From Camelus dromedarius (Eukaryota), in NCBI RefSeq assembly GCF_036321535.1, contig NC_087447.1, positions 45,758,001 through 45,818,000 of the forward strand: a DNA stretch of 60,000 nt, read 5' to 3'. The notes below the pieces were generated by a model that was given only the letters and a program-made list of their open reading frames with translations, was not told the DNA's origin and did not search any database. Shown one piece after another: positions 14,300 to 27,949 of the stretch (within the stretch, counting starts at the first letter, position 1; each line of letters opens with the position of its first letter). Made by a program: the position numbers and the translations under genes.

Positions 14300-15240
14300 A
14301 TGTCAGCATACAATAAAACCGGTGTCCATCCATCAACCTTCATTCTCATTGGCATTCCTGGGTTGGAGGCTGCCCACATCTGAATCTCCATCCCTTTTTG
14401 TGTTGTCTACCTTTGGCCCTACTGGGAAACTGCTCTATTCTCTTTATTGTCAAGGACCGACTCCAGCCTCCATGAGCCAGCGTACCTCTTCCTCTGTATG
14501 CTGGCTGTGGCTGACCTCACTACAGCTGTGCCCAAACTTCTCAGACTTTTCTGGTTCCATGATGGTGAGATTCGCTTTGAAGCCTGCCTCACTCAAGTGT
14601 TCCTGATTCACTCTAGCTCCACCATGAGTCTGGCTTCTTCCTGGCCATGGCTTTTGACCATTATATAGCCATTTGCAGTCCATTAAGACATTCAGCTATT
14701 CTGACACATTCTTCAGTTGTGGGCATGGGCCTAGCTATTGTACTCCGGGGCACAGCATTTCTCAGTCCTCACCCCTTCCTGCTACAGTGGCTTCCTTACT
14801 GCAGGACCAATGTCATTTCCCACACCTATTGTGAGTTCATGGCCCTCATCAAGATTGCCTGTGCTGAGACAAGAATTCGCAGAGCCTATAGCCTCATTGT
14901 TGCATTTCTTACAGGAGGAGTGGACTTCATACTGATCACTTGTTCTTATGTCCTTATACTCCACACTGTCTTCCACCTCCCATCCAAGGATGCCCGACTC
15001 AAGACCTTGGGTACTTGTGGCTCCCCATGTGTGTGTGACCTTGGTGTCTTATACTCCGGCTTTCTTCTCTTTTCTTACCCACAGATTTGGGACCAGGTGG
15101 CACCCCATGTCCACATATTTGTGGCTAATATCTATCTTCTTGTCCCACCCATGGTGAACCCTATCATCTATGGGGTAAGGACCAAGAAAATACGGGACAG
15201 ATTTCTTAAATTTTTCAATCTTTCAAAGCCTCTTAACTAA
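14300..15240 (+). pseudogene. Class I olfactory receptor pseudogene, OR52 family (possibly OR52S1-like), multiply disrupted
   Basis: [27 protein letters not shown] then TGA (14381-14383) in place of Trp. Single-base indels at ~14412, ~14453, ~14626, ~15023 and ~15092; apparent 9-bp deletion in TM2; HEPAY for HEPMY; MAFDHY for MAFDRY. Ends [31 protein letters not shown]. Confidence 0.95.
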
Positions 15241-16644
15241 ATCCTTTTAAAAAAATTTTGGGGTATGTAATATCTGAACAAACTTTATGCTATATACCTT
15301 TGTGGTTTCTTTATCAAGATCTTTTAATTGTTTGAGGGATAATAAGGTTTTTCTATGGGAAGTAACTCACCAAAGAAAGCTATCACATTATCTCATCTCA
15401 TCTATATTGCAATAACGAAGCAAATATATTACAATGTTAGAGTCTTTTTCAAAATAGTAAAATATTGTTTGAAAAAGATGGAGAATCATATGAGGCTAAA
15501 AACAAGAGAAATTTAAAATCAACATGATGTATAATTATATACCTGTGGTTTATTGTATAAGACTTACTACTAGATTTAGAAATTTCCTTTTTTTTTTTTT
15601 TTTTTTTGCCCCAGTTCTTCCTTCTTGACTAAATGTTCTTCTTTCATGCTTTAACACTTTCTTAGTGAGAGTCTCTTGGTGCTAACTTCTCTGTTATCTG
15701 TTCATCTAAAGTTTTCTTCATTTCACCCTCTTCTTGAATGGTACTTTTCTAGCTACACCGTTTCATTCTCCAGTTACTATATTTTGTTAGCCTCTTGAAG
15801 TCATAACCCTATAGTCTTCTGGAATCTATTATTACTTTGAAGAGGTTTGCTATTGACCAAATTGTCATTAATTTGTAATCTTTTCACTATGTCACTAAAT
15901 CCTTTTGCTTTTTTTGATGTTCTGTAGATTCACATGGATAAATCTCATAGGCATTATACTAATTGATAAAAATCAGACACAGAAGACTACATACTGTATG
16001 ATTCTGTTTAAATGAAACTCTATAGACAGCAAAACTATGGTAGGGTAGTATTCAGGCATCTATGTTTTAAAGTTTTTTCTGCAGTTCATAAACAGCTAAA
16101 ATTGAGCTGCAACTGTGCAAATTGAGGTACAAAGAAATTAGTTAACCAAAGGAAAAATATTTCAGTCAAGTACTTCACCTCTAAAGCTAAAAATGTAGAG
16201 AGAAAAAAATGTGAAGAGAGGTAACATTTGTTAAGCATTGCCTGGTACCAAGCTCATCATTGTGTATTTTATATACATAATCACTTAACCTTTACAATAT
16301 TTTCTAAAGTTAATTATCATATATACCCATATGATAAATAGCTCAACAAACTCATATTCAATTTGCTAGGATTTAAGTCTGTCTAGCTCTAAAACCATAA
16401 TTTTCCTCTAATCTTACAATGATTCCATCTATAGGTTTATATTCTTAACCACTACACTTTATTTAGTTACATTACACACTGCTATGTCAACATGACAAGT
16501 ACTGTGATAGAAGTACAAAATAGGTAATTAACCAAGGCTATAATGTTTAGAAAGTCAAAACACTATTCCATCAGGACATCAGGAACATTAGATAAATAAT
16601 TAAACAAAGATAATTAAACAAAATTGTGGATTAGGTCAAGTTAG

Positions 16645-16646
<2 letters not shown>

Positions 16647-16684
<38 letters not shown>
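16647..16684. repeat. (GT)n microsatellite
   Basis: About 19 GT units read directly. Confidence 0.95.
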
Positions 16685-16687
<3 letters not shown>

Positions 16688-16809
16688 GGAGAGATGTCTA
16701 GTTTTGAGTTAGCCAATTCTGTATCCAACCATCTCACTTCATAAAGATTATTCCATTCTCTCCATCTGACAATGAACCATTTTGATTAATAATCAAGTTT
16801 CAACTTTCC

Positions 16810-17010
16810 AGAATGATTCTCAATATTTAAAGCTTGAATAATTCTTGAAGTCTCTTAAAAATGCAGATTACTCAGGCCTACTCTGAAACTATTAGGTTCA
16901 AAACTTCTGTGGTGTATCCCATGGATAAAATCTCATTTAAATTTCATAAGTCATCCTGAATATTTATGATTCAGTGGTCGACGGTTCATTCTTTGATAAA
17001 TACAGTTGTA
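16810..17010. mobile_element. MER5-like hAT-Charlie non-autonomous DNA transposon (old)
   Basis: Resembles MER5 (gattctcaa...ttaaaaatgcagatt..caggcc...ctttgataaatacag). Confidence 0.45.
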
Positions 17011-17109
17011 GGAAGCTAAGAATGGACACATAGATGTCCTTCCATTCAGAAGATACAACACAATTTAAAATTCCTACCAGGGCTTACTTACAGTTTTTAA
17101 TTAGAATAT

Positions 17110-18240
17110 AGAAAGTTGGAAAGAATATCCCTCAAAACTTTATGAAAAAATATGCTGGATAATCAAAATTCACCATTTTCTTGACTATGTCAGATAGTTG
17201 AAATCAGAGAGCATCCAACTAACACAAAGTCTAAGGAAAAATAGGCAGTTTCAAAGAGAGATGGAACATGATCCCATACTCACCAAGACTGGATGCCAGG
17301 TGCCATACAAGCCTGTAAAAAGAATTGACTAAAATTTTTAAACAATTTCTCACAGCAAAGCATGGATCTGTGTAAGAATCGAAAATGCCTGGGAGACATG
17401 TGTATATGACACGAGTGGGAATTTATACCCACTCAAGTTTTTCTCACTTGACCTCAACCAGCTACTCATGGAAAGTCTGAGGGCAGGAGTAGAGGCCCGA
17501 AAAGGCCTTCATCATGAGATAATCTGGTGGAAGGGAGTAGCAGCCACTGGAGGATGGAACTGCACCTCACCCAAGTTTTCCTCCCTCTAAGGAACAAGGG
17601 AGGACCCCACTGCCCCTGAGGGAAAGGAGCAGAAACAAACTCTGTAACCCCAGAACAAAGCAGGTTCATCAGAAGTGTCCTACAGCACTAGGGGAGAGGC
17701 AGATCACTGAGAAGTCTCCACTTTCAAGACCCAGGAACATAGCACCTGCCTAAGACAGGCTGAAGGAGAAAAATTAGGAAGATAAATCCTGCTCCCACCA
17801 CCAGATGAGCTGGGTTCATGTAACAAGTAACTGCGCTCTGCTCCTGAGGGAGTGTCGAGACCATGAAGCGTGGTCTTGTCTGTGGCACAGGAACAAAGGG
17901 ATGATCTAACGCTGATAGTGGGGTAGATACTAGAAAAGTCTTCTGACTCATCAGCCCTCACCCTGAGTAAGAGGTAAAGTGAGAGGGATATGAATCCTGT
18001 GATGCAGTCACCGAGGACATTCAAAGCAACAGCAGGAAGCAATGGATGACCTGATAGTCCTTTAACAATTAAAGAAGTTTAATCTACAATGAGCAATCTT
18101 CTAACACACACAGAAAAATTCCAGGCCCCAGTGGCTGCACTGGTGAATTCTACCAAACTTTTAAAGGCTAAATACCAGTTCTTCCACAAATTACCCAAAA
18201 CATATAAAGAGAGTGAACACTGTCCAAATCATTCAAGAAA
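17110..18240 (+). mobile_element. Old L1 fragments (5' region plus ORF2 piece)
   Basis: 18040-18240 matches the ORF2 PGPDGFTGEFYQTFK region (ccaggcccagtggctgcactggtgaattctaccaaacttttaaa); the upstream part looks like an L1M 5' UTR. Confidence 0.6.
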
Positions 18241-19527
18241 AAGTTGGGGCTATATAGTTAGAGTCTATTTCATAAGTAGAATAAATGGATAAATAAGGAT
18301 GAGTTTGGGGCCACAATAGGGTCCTAGAAAAGCCACAACATAACTGATTGTTTTCAAATTTCAAGTTCAGTGTGTGATGTTAATTAATACAAACTCCCTC
18401 TAAGAATTTATGAAATCATATTTTCTATTGCAATAAAAGTGAGTAGGATTTTTTTCTAAAGCACATTCTACAAATATGAGTGTCATAGGATGGTCTAAGG
18501 AGCAGTCTGAAGCCAATATAATTTTAAAGTTTAAAATGAATATTTGTAATTATAAGCTCTGAGGAGTCTTGCAATAGAAATATAGTTAAAAATGTAGCTT
18601 TAATGGCCAAGATTTACAAACATACTTTACCTTGAATCCCTTCTACAAATAATGTCAATAATGTATATAGAAATAGAGAATAATTAGTGATATCACATGG
18701 AACTAGAGTTCCATCTTAAACACAAACATATGCACACACATACATGGGGTGGGGGATAATGCTGGCCTTGTAACATCACTAAGACTTTCAACATTCCATT
18801 AGAGTGAAACTCTTCTGTGGTGTGGCAAAAAACACAGAGACAACTGTTTGAAAAAGAATTGTTTCTTTGAAAAGAGGTATCAGCAATCCAGGCTCTGCGA
18901 GAACTCATCCAGTAAATGAGAAACACAATTCAGCTTTAAAATTAAAAATAAACTACACACTGACAAAGATGGCCAAGTTTCTTCAGTTCTGTTCATGGAA
19001 AATTCCCACCTTCACACGTGACATAGTCACAATGTCAGTTTCATATACTCCAGCATGAACACGGCAAAGCAAGAATAGCATACTTTTTGGCAGGGAGTCC
19101 AGGCATATGGGAACTGCTCCAGCATCTACTATTTTGGGACCAGCACTAGTCAGCGTAACTCATTTATTTTTGTTTAAATCAGGATATGAATGGCTTTTTT
19201 GTTTGCTTGTGATTTGGGGGGAGGAGATGCAGTTTAGTTTTAAACTGATGATGACTATGGAATGTGATTGACTCAGTCATAATGGAAGCAGAATAGAGTG
19301 TTGGTTTTCTTCTACATGAGGAATCTAAATTATTTCCAAACAATGGAAAATTATAAAGCAGTTTTATTTATGCATTTGACATGTGCTTAACTTTCCATTG
19401 TGGATTTGAGAAGGAAGCTGACAGGCCTCCCTTAAGATGGGTCTGCATAACTTCCAAATGTCCCTTTTCCATTCTGAAAATAGAGAATTGGTGCCACTCC
19501 CTTCTTAAATTTGAGTATTTACAAGAG

Positions 19528-20469
19528 CTATGTTTTTTTCTTGGAAAATACTTTCAGCATTTTTTCTCTAATCTGTTTAGTTCTGACACCATAGATTACA
19601 GGGTTGAGAGCAGGTGGAATAACTACATAGAAATTGGCCAAAAGGATGTGGATGTAGCATGATATATTCTCACCAGATCTGTGGGTCATGAATGAAAAAA
19701 ATGCAGGAGTGTAGAAAGCCAACATGACACACACATGAGAGCCACAGGTGCTGAGGGCTTTGAGCCGAGCATCATGGGAAGGGAGTCAAAAGACAGCACG
19801 AAGGATGTGGACGTAAGAGATGACAATGGCTATGATGTCAAACACTAGTATAGAGATGGCACATAAGCCATAGATGATGTTGACCTTGATGCTGGCACAA
19901 GACAGGCAGGCAATGCCCATGTGCTCACAATAAGTGTGAGGGATAATTTGGTGTCCACAAAATGGTAACTGTATGATGAGTAGAACAAATGGTATGGCAA
20001 AAGACAAAGGTCTTAGGAGGATGACCAATGAAATGATGAATACCACCTTATTTGTCAGCACCAATGTGTAGCGAAGAGGGTTACAGATGGCCACATAGCG
20101 ATCACAGGCCATGGCCACGAGCGCAGCCGACTCCATGCCAGTGCATAGGTGGATGAAGAACATCTGGATGAGGCAGCCCTCAAAGGAGATTTCTCCCATC
20201 TTGAACCAGAAGATGCCAAGCATCTTGGGGATGGTGGATGTGGACAGGCCCAGGTCAATAGATGACAGAATGGCCAGGAAGTAGAACATGGGCTGATGGA
20301 GGCGATTCTCAGTCTGAATCACAGAAAGGATGCTGATATTTCCAAGGACAGCTGTCAGGTACACAGCAAAGAAAGGAAAACCAATCCAGATATGCAGATG
20401 TTCCAGCCCAGGTATCCCCAAAAGGAGGAAAGAGTAGGGATGAAATAGGGTGGCATTAAGTGAGGGCAT
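19528..20469 (-). pseudogene. OR52E-subfamily receptor with a single in-frame premature stop (nominal pseudogene)
   Basis: [33 protein letters not shown]...[14 protein letters not shown] at 19786-19788, then the same frame continues [27 protein letters not shown]...[29 protein letters not shown]. No frameshift seen. Confidence 0.93.
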
Positions 20470-21783
20470 CCTTCTGGGAGCTTTTCTATAGTGAAATGTA
20501 TCATAGATCAAGATCCTCTCATTCATAGAATAGTTTTCATCCTTGCTCAGTGCACTCAGAGAAAGTGAAGAAATCAGTGAAACTCCTTCCATATCTACTG
20601 CATTGTTGCATCATAGAGGCTGGAAAGTTTATAAAAATTAATAGTAAAATGTAATGACAAGATTTCAATATACTTCATCAAATCCACTCAATGGCATTTA
20701 ATATTTTACTTCAACAAACATTGACTAGGTATCTACCATATATGCACCAAGTTTTATGCTAAGACTGATGCGAAAGATAAGTTAAAGAAGGTTCTTTTCC
20801 TTACAGAATTTAAATTTTTAATGATTAGAACAGTCATACAAATCAGCCATTCAAATTAATAAAATAGTTGTCAGGAAAAAGTTTTTCCCTTGTTACTTGG
20901 GTACACAAAATTTTTTTCTAGATATCTTTTATTATTATTTCATAGAAAAATTGGTTGATTCATGACTGTATACTTTAGGTACAAAGTGAGACTACATCTT
21001 AAACATGATGACAAATTTATGGTATGTGAATTATATCTCAATAAAGCTGTTTTTCAAAAACTTAAAAAGAAAACACCATGATGACAGCCATTATTATTCT
21101 GAATGTACCACATTTCTGAGTGGAACATATGTAATACATTCTTAAAAGGAACCATAAGTGTAACAAACAAGAGCTTTCTAAGACAACTTTTGATCTGTGC
21201 AGGCCTCTCTCTGTTTAAGCTACCCAAAACCATTTCTCATGTCATAGTTATCTTCTGACTTCTCCTTTCTTGTTGGTACCAATATCAAAAAATAACCTGG
21301 CATTGAAGTTTTATTAACGAGGCCACAGAGGACTTCATCTCAGGGTAATCTTCTTAATCTGGTCTGCTTAGTATGGACGGTACATATCCCTCTTCATTTC
21401 TGTTCTGATGGTAGGCATATGGGGCCTTGCCGTTTAAGTGTCTTCCTGTCAAGAAAAAAACACAGATTCACACACACACAGATTAATGTTCAGGTTTATA
21501 AAATACCACAAAATTGTCAGGTAAAATGAGTTAATTTATACCTGTCACTCCTTGAAACCAAATCCACTATTTTTTTAACTATACTAAGTTGTCACCATTA
21601 TGTACCACCTTCGTAAGCTGAAGTGCACTGTCATCAAGAGTGCTATCTTTCTCATGCTATATTCTGTCTCTCTATCAATAGACTATAGAGAGATATAGAT
21701 AAATAGGTTTACACATGCAAAACAAGTTCAAGCTGCATTAGACAGATAAACCATAATAGAACAGTATTTCTGGGCATGAAAGA

Positions 21784-21810
21784 GTGTGTGTGTGTGTGTG
21801 TGTGTGTGTG
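21784..21810. repeat. (GT)n microsatellite
   Basis: About 13 GT units. Confidence 0.95.
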
Positions 21811-22949
21811 CTGAAAGGGTATATTGCTGCTTGAGTCTTGGACACATTGCTTCAGAAATTATAGAAAGGAGAATATGATCCCAGATACAGGAAGGAGATA
21901 ACAAATGTGAGTTAAGATGATTAGTCAAAGGCAAATAAATTACTAGATGAAGAGGGATATCAAGAAAAAAAATAAGAACTATGTAGAAAACATCCCTAAT
22001 TTGAAAGAGGATGGCCATATGCAAGGAGTGGTGTTTAAATTCAGGGAATTTCAGAAGGAGATGAAATTGAATCCTATAATCAGATTTCCTTTCTGTGACT
22101 TGGGTTCAGCTAACTTAGAACTTAGTGTTTGGAAAATGGCCTAATATTTAGACATAGACATTAGGAATTGTAGCCAAGTTCTATTGCTCATTGTCATGTG
22201 AATTTGATGAAAACATATCCCTTCTTTGAGTCTGAGATTCCTCACCTGTGAAACGAGGCTAACAATGCCTATGTTGCCGGTTGTTGCAAGGTTCTCATGG
22301 CCCAAGATGGTTCATAAAAATAGCATAGTTACAGTTACTGGTTTACCTGTTGATATGAACATCGTGAACTTGGTTCTGACATATCTCAGCTTGTCAGGTA
22401 ATTCTTACAGCTGACTTTAAGTCCTGATCCTCACTTCATCTGCATATTAATTTTATGATAGAGTGTGTATATTTATAACGAAGTAAATCTGATTACCTTT
22501 ATCCCTAGACATTTTCACAGATATTTTCATTACATACTTGATGATTCCACCATTACAAAATGATTAGGACTACCTTCTGGTTGGAGTAAAACAGCAAGTT
22601 GTTTGGTTGTGTTTTACTACATTGTAACTGGTGAGGGATAATTTCTAAATAATTTAAAGTAAGTTCAACTGATTATAGGCTCAGGACTAGGCAGGCACCC
22701 AAACTTTAAATTAGATTAGAGGGGACTGAAGGAGCCATAGCAGTGAGAAAGAGAAAGAAAACATGAAGAGAAAGAACTTTGATAGATCAATAAATAGTAT
22801 TCAGATCAGCAGGAAGTGCACAGAAACAAATGACAAAGATGTTAAAAGATATATGAGCCGCATACGGAGATTAGAAAAAATGAAGGCAGTGGTTGCTCAA
22901 GTGTATATAAGAGATTATGCCAACACATTCTTACAGATTGTTCCATGAT

Positions 22950-23230
22950 CCCCTCCCCTCAGCCAGAAGGTTTTCCTTTCACCTACCACTTTTTACCTTG
23001 TGCTCAGTTGGCCACAAATAAAGATCCACGCTTCTAAAACCTTACATAGCAGCAGAGACTCCTGGAGATGTTAGCAAAACTCCCCTAGCATCCTTCTGAA
23101 CTCCATTTGCTTAGGAGGGGGGTTCTTTAGTGCTGTGGCTATAGCCTCCAGAGTGAGTACTTTGTATTGGAACACCTTAGGGATAGAGGTAGCGACAAAG
23201 CTCTGAGGTCTGATTTAGCTCCTTTTCCAG
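22950..23230 (-). promoter_or_regulatory. Candidate promoter/first exon of the 19528-20469 gene
   Basis: GC-richer unique segment ~2.6 kb upstream of the ATG with O/E-like sites (CTCCTGGAGA ~23059, CCTTAGGGA ~23175) and a donor-like AAG|GTAAAA at ~22995 on -. Confidence 0.35.
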
Positions 23231-23785
23231 TGAAATAGAATGCCACCAGACATAGATAGCCCATGTCTTTATTTCAAGACCCAGAATTTCAAATTTAGGA
23301 TTAGTTTATTTCTAAGGGAAAATTATTATTATTATTTTTTAATCTTGTAAAATACTTAAATACTTTTTACAACAAGGTTCTTAGGATTGGTTCTAAGCTT
23401 ATAATACTGAATGCTTTGAGATGGGTAGGACCAATCTAGATCTCATGATAGATAATAATGGCTGTATTAAATCTGGGTATATCTTCTTAGTATTGCACAA
23501 CTACCATATTGACTCAATATTTAGTATAATTGAAGAGCTAAAAAATGAAGAAATACATAATCATTGCATCACAGTGACTCCATATTTAGCATTATCACAC
23601 AATGCTAAAGTGAAGAAATGCAATACAGTTTTACATCATACTGAAATCTATCATATCACTCTGGAAGAAGCTTCCTGTCAGTAATGAAAAGAAGAGGTGA
23701 AAATCTAGAGGAGAGAAACTAGTCATTTTGCATTTTGTGATCATTCTCCCACTGACTACTTATATAAAACCATTAAATATGTTTC

Positions 23786-24689
23786 TGTACCCAGTTCCAC
23801 CATGAAGGAGAAGGTGTTCCCCCCTGCCCCAACACCACCAACCAATGCTCCAGACATCAACTGGGTATCCTATAGTTTAACTTAATTTTGACACTATCTA
23901 TCTGGAGATAGTGTCAGATCACACAGGTCAAGGGTTTAGTCTCACAAGACTGCCCCCTAACCCACTTCAGAAACCAGTCACAAACCCAATTATCATCTGT
24001 GCCTCTGACCACCTTATAAACCAGACTAGGTTGATTATAGTCTCTAAACTCAGTCCTTGAACTTTTGTGGTCAGTCACAAGTCCAGGTTGTTACAGGACT
24101 GGCTGACTGATTTTAAATCAGAGGTTGCCATGATCCCTTCCTTGAGTTCAATTAATTTGCAGAGCAGCTCACAGAATTCAGAGAAACATTTTACTTACTA
24201 GATTACTGCTTTAGTATAAATGGATATGACTCAGGAACAGCCAGGTGAAATAGATGTGCAAGGCAAGGTACAGGGAAAGGACATGGAACTTTAATGCCAT
24301 CTTTAGGCATGCCACTCTCCCCAGGTTTCCATATCTTCACCAACCCAGAAACCCCCCCCAAGTTCCATTCTTTTGAATTTTTATGGAGGCTTCATTACAC
24401 AGGCATGATTAGGTCATTGGTCACTGGGGATTGAACTCGATCTCCAGACTGTCTCCCTTCCCATGAGGTCAAGGGGTTGAGACTGAAAGTTACAACCCTC
24501 TATTTACATTATGGCTCCACTAGCAACCAGACTTCATCTTAGGTGGTGCCCAAATGTTACCTTATTAACATAACAAAAGACACATTCATGACTCTCATCA
24601 GCTAGGAAATTCCAAGTGTTTTAGGAGCTCTGTGCCAGAAGCAGGGACTAAACTCAAATAATTATTTATTATAAATCTTAATATTGCAA
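23786..24689. mobile_element. Solo LTR, MER21-like
   Basis: Characteristic ccagacatcaactgggtatccta..tgacactatctatctggagatagtgtcagatc..cacaagactgccccc and gagcagctcacagaattcagagaaacattttacttac blocks. Confidence 0.8.
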
Positions 24690-24726
24690 CTTATGTACAA
24701 ATTCCTTTATCATCTCAATCTCAGTT

Positions 24727-25382
24727 GGTTTTATTTAGATATAATTGACCTATAACATTGTGTTAGTTACAACCTGTTGATTCAATACACTTGAATATTG
24801 TAATATGATTACCTTAGAGTTAGTAACACCTCCATCAAATCACATAATTATCACTTTTTTGTGGTAAGAATATTTAAGAACTAATCTCTTTGCAATTTTA
24901 AAGTATATAATTGAGTATTGTTGACCATACTCACCATGCTGTGCATTAGATCCCCAGGACTTATTCATCTTCTAACTGCTAGTTTGTACCCTTTGACCAA
25001 CATTTCCCCAATTCTTCCACCCTCAGCCCCTGGTAACCACCATTCTACTTTCTGTTTCTATGAGTTCATCTTTTTTAGATTCCACATATAAGTAATATCA
25101 TAAAGCATTTGCCTTTTTCTGTCTGATTTATCCCTTAACTTAATGCTCTTAAGGTCTATCCATGTTGTCACGAATGGCAGGATTTCCTTCTTTCTTACAA
25201 CTGAATAATATTCCATTCTGTATATATACTACATTTTCTTCATACATTCATCAGTTGTCAGATACTTAGGTTTTTTGTTTTTTCCCTATCTCGGTTATTG
25301 TGAATATCACTGCAATAAACATGAGAATGCAGATATCTTTTTAATGTCTTGTTTCAATTTCCTTTGAATATATACCCACATA
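24727..25382 (-). mobile_element. L1MA-type 3' end
   Basis: ttagatccccaggacttattcatc..gtaccctttgaccaacat..ggtaaccaccattctact..ttagattccacatataagt..ccatgttgtcacgaatggcaggatttcc. Confidence 0.85.
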
Positions 25383-26379
25383 AGGGTGTTCAAATGAAAG
25401 AACGGTCGACAGTTTCACAGGCTGTAGAGAGTTGCAACGAGGACAGCAGCATTTGTCTGGGCCTGGTGACTGGAGGCCACTGATCAACTTAAGGTGTTGG
25501 GTAGGATGCCAGATTAAAGAGAGGTGGGATGAGATGAGGAAAAACAGATTATACATTTTATTGTGCTTGTATAGTCCTTCTCACATATTTTTGGACAACT
25601 CCAGTTGATCCGTGATCCTCAAAGAGTGATGTTGTTCATTCACTTTTTTTCAGATCTTGTTACCAGACATTTGTACACATTTCTATTTCTAAGTTCTAGG
25701 CCTCAACCCTCACCCAGGAATTCCCACTTGTTTCATGGTGTTATAAGGTCCTGAGCTAAGTATCTAGTATGGAAACTTTCTGCTCTCACTTCTGCTTCAC
25801 TGGGGGTTCAAGTCTTGGCAGGAATCTTTCAATCTTCCAGTGCAATTGGATAGCTGTCATAAAGTTAGCATTCTGTCCCTCTCAGTTAAAGTATCAAAAT
25901 GCAGCTGAATCTCTGATCGTCTTCCTTCTCTTTTGTAGTACTTTCTGGGTTCCAACAACCAGCTGAGGTAACGCTCCAGCTGCAGAGACTCTCACAGCTC
26001 TCCCTGTCACTGCCCTTTGTGCTCAGCAAAAGCTTTTCCTTCCAAGACCTGTGTGTATCCCTCTGTTTCTTTCTTTCTTTCTTTTTTTTTTTTTTTGAAA
26101 CACAAAAGTGAGAAGATAGCATGTGTTCAGATAAAACTTGGAGGAATATGCAGGACAAAACAAGTATATGCCTCAGAGAAATCTGGAAAAATTGTTCAGA
26201 AAAAATAGTCTGAGAGGGAGGGGGCCATTTATGAATTATATCCATCACTCTAATTCCTAGTGTGTGATGGACAGTCATTACCACAGAGAGTCGAGGCCAG
26301 TTTCTGGACATAGAGTTAAAATGTTTCTGTGGAAAGTGCAGAAGCTGTAGAAGCGGGGGGCTTGTATTCTAATCATAAC

Positions 26380-26691
26380 TGTCCTTTAGTTTGCTCAGTG
26401 GCATTTCTAAACCTGAACTGCAAGATCAAGGTGCTAGCTGATTCAGTTCCTGGTAAAGAGGTCTCTTCCTGGCTTGCAAATTTCTGCCTTCTCACTATGT
26501 CCTCACATGGCCTCTCCTTTTCTTTTAAGGCCACTAATCCTATCAGGAGGGCCCCACCCTCATGACCTCCTCTAACTCTAATTACCCTCCAAAGACCTCA
26601 TCTCCAAATATTATCACTTTGGCAGCTAGAGTTTCAGCATATGAATTTGGTGGGGTCAGGGGTGGGAGGCACAAACATTCAGTCCATAACA
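26380..26691 (-). mobile_element. MaLR LTR (MLT1A-like), internally deleted
   Basis: aagatcaaggtg..gattcagttcctggt..gtcctcacatggc..gggccccaccctcatgacctc..catatgaattt..acaaacattcagtccataaca. Confidence 0.85.
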
Positions 26692-27139
26692 GGGCCCTGA
26701 ACTTGCAGGGTATAATGTCTGAACCAGTGTCTTAACTACTGCTGGCTACAGAATTTGAGAAGCCCAGTGCAAAGGGAAGTTGCTGGGGTCCTTTCTGGAA
26801 ATGTAGAGAAATAAAGAGCTTTTATTTTTTGTTGATGGTCTCTCTCTTTTGAGTAATTATGGTATCTTTTGTATTGTTTTTTATCGTGCTCTCTTCTGGG
26901 CATGGGAATTCCTGTGGGGTAGGGGCAAACATGCACAGGAGCACAAGATCCCTATCCCGTGAACCAGACACTGGTTACCAATGTGGGTAGGTTCAGAATT
27001 TGGAGCATGCCAAGGGCAAAGGACAGCAGCAGCCATCTCTGGGCAAGGCTAGAGTAACAAGAGGCCAAGAAATCACTCTGGGAAGATGTGGCAGGTACAG
27101 CACACGTTCACCTCTGGTCCCAAATCCCAGGACCTGCCC

Positions 27140-27320
27140 CATCTTTATATAAGATTTCAATTACAGAACATAAATTCAAAGATAAAGTTATTTAAAGAAC
27201 TCAAGACAACATTAAACCCAAGCACCACAGAGCATTAAACCCAAGCATTGGACCCCCTTTTGAAAACAGGGTCTTGAGTACTGTATTGATCAAACACCTA
27301 CTGTCATTAACTAAGCCTCG
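27140..27320. mobile_element. hAT-Tip100 fragment (MER96B-like)
   Basis: ttcaaagataaagttatttaaagaactcaagac..cacagagcattaaacccaagca..cccc; contains a local duplication of cattaaacccaagca. Confidence 0.5.
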
Positions 27321-27949
27321 ACAAGTCCAACTTTTGAGATACATTGGTTACTATTTCTGGGGGGGGAAAAGGCAAAAGGACTGTGTAGGACCATAAGTGC
27401 ACTAACAAAGTTTTTATTTTTTATATAATAAGTAGATTTATTTAAAACATTTAAGGCACAGTATGAGCATCTGCTTAAAATTATCGGTAAATTTACAGGA
27501 TTCCATTATAAAATTTTATGTTAATTTTGCTAAATGGATATAAATCAAAATTTAATCACAATGCTAGAGTTCAATAAAAGGAATTGAAAGAATAATTGAT
27601 TACATTTTATATTAACTATGAATGAGAAATGCGTTGGTGGAGTAAAACAGAAGGAACAACTGGAAAAAAAAAAAGAGGAAAACAAAATTAAAGGTTACAT
27701 AATCTGTCCGATGTCACTTTTGTTACTAAACTTAGAACAGAAGTGCTTTGACTTTGGAGCCCTTGTTCTTGAACAGAAAATTGTACTGTCTCCCTAAATG
27801 ATGATCTGGGATGGTGAGAGAATGAACTCCATCAATCATTGTGTGCTGTAGCATGGAGCAAATTAACAAAAGGTTAATGGAGACTCACAAGTAATGAAGA
27901 AACCTCACTTTTTTTATTGTCTTCATTTCCTTAGAAATCATGGCTTTCT

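Noticed and set aside
20470..20592. 41-codon N-terminal extension of ORF 19786..20592
   Set aside because: Probably crosses the splice acceptor region (~20545-20580); OR homology starts at MPSLN (20469)
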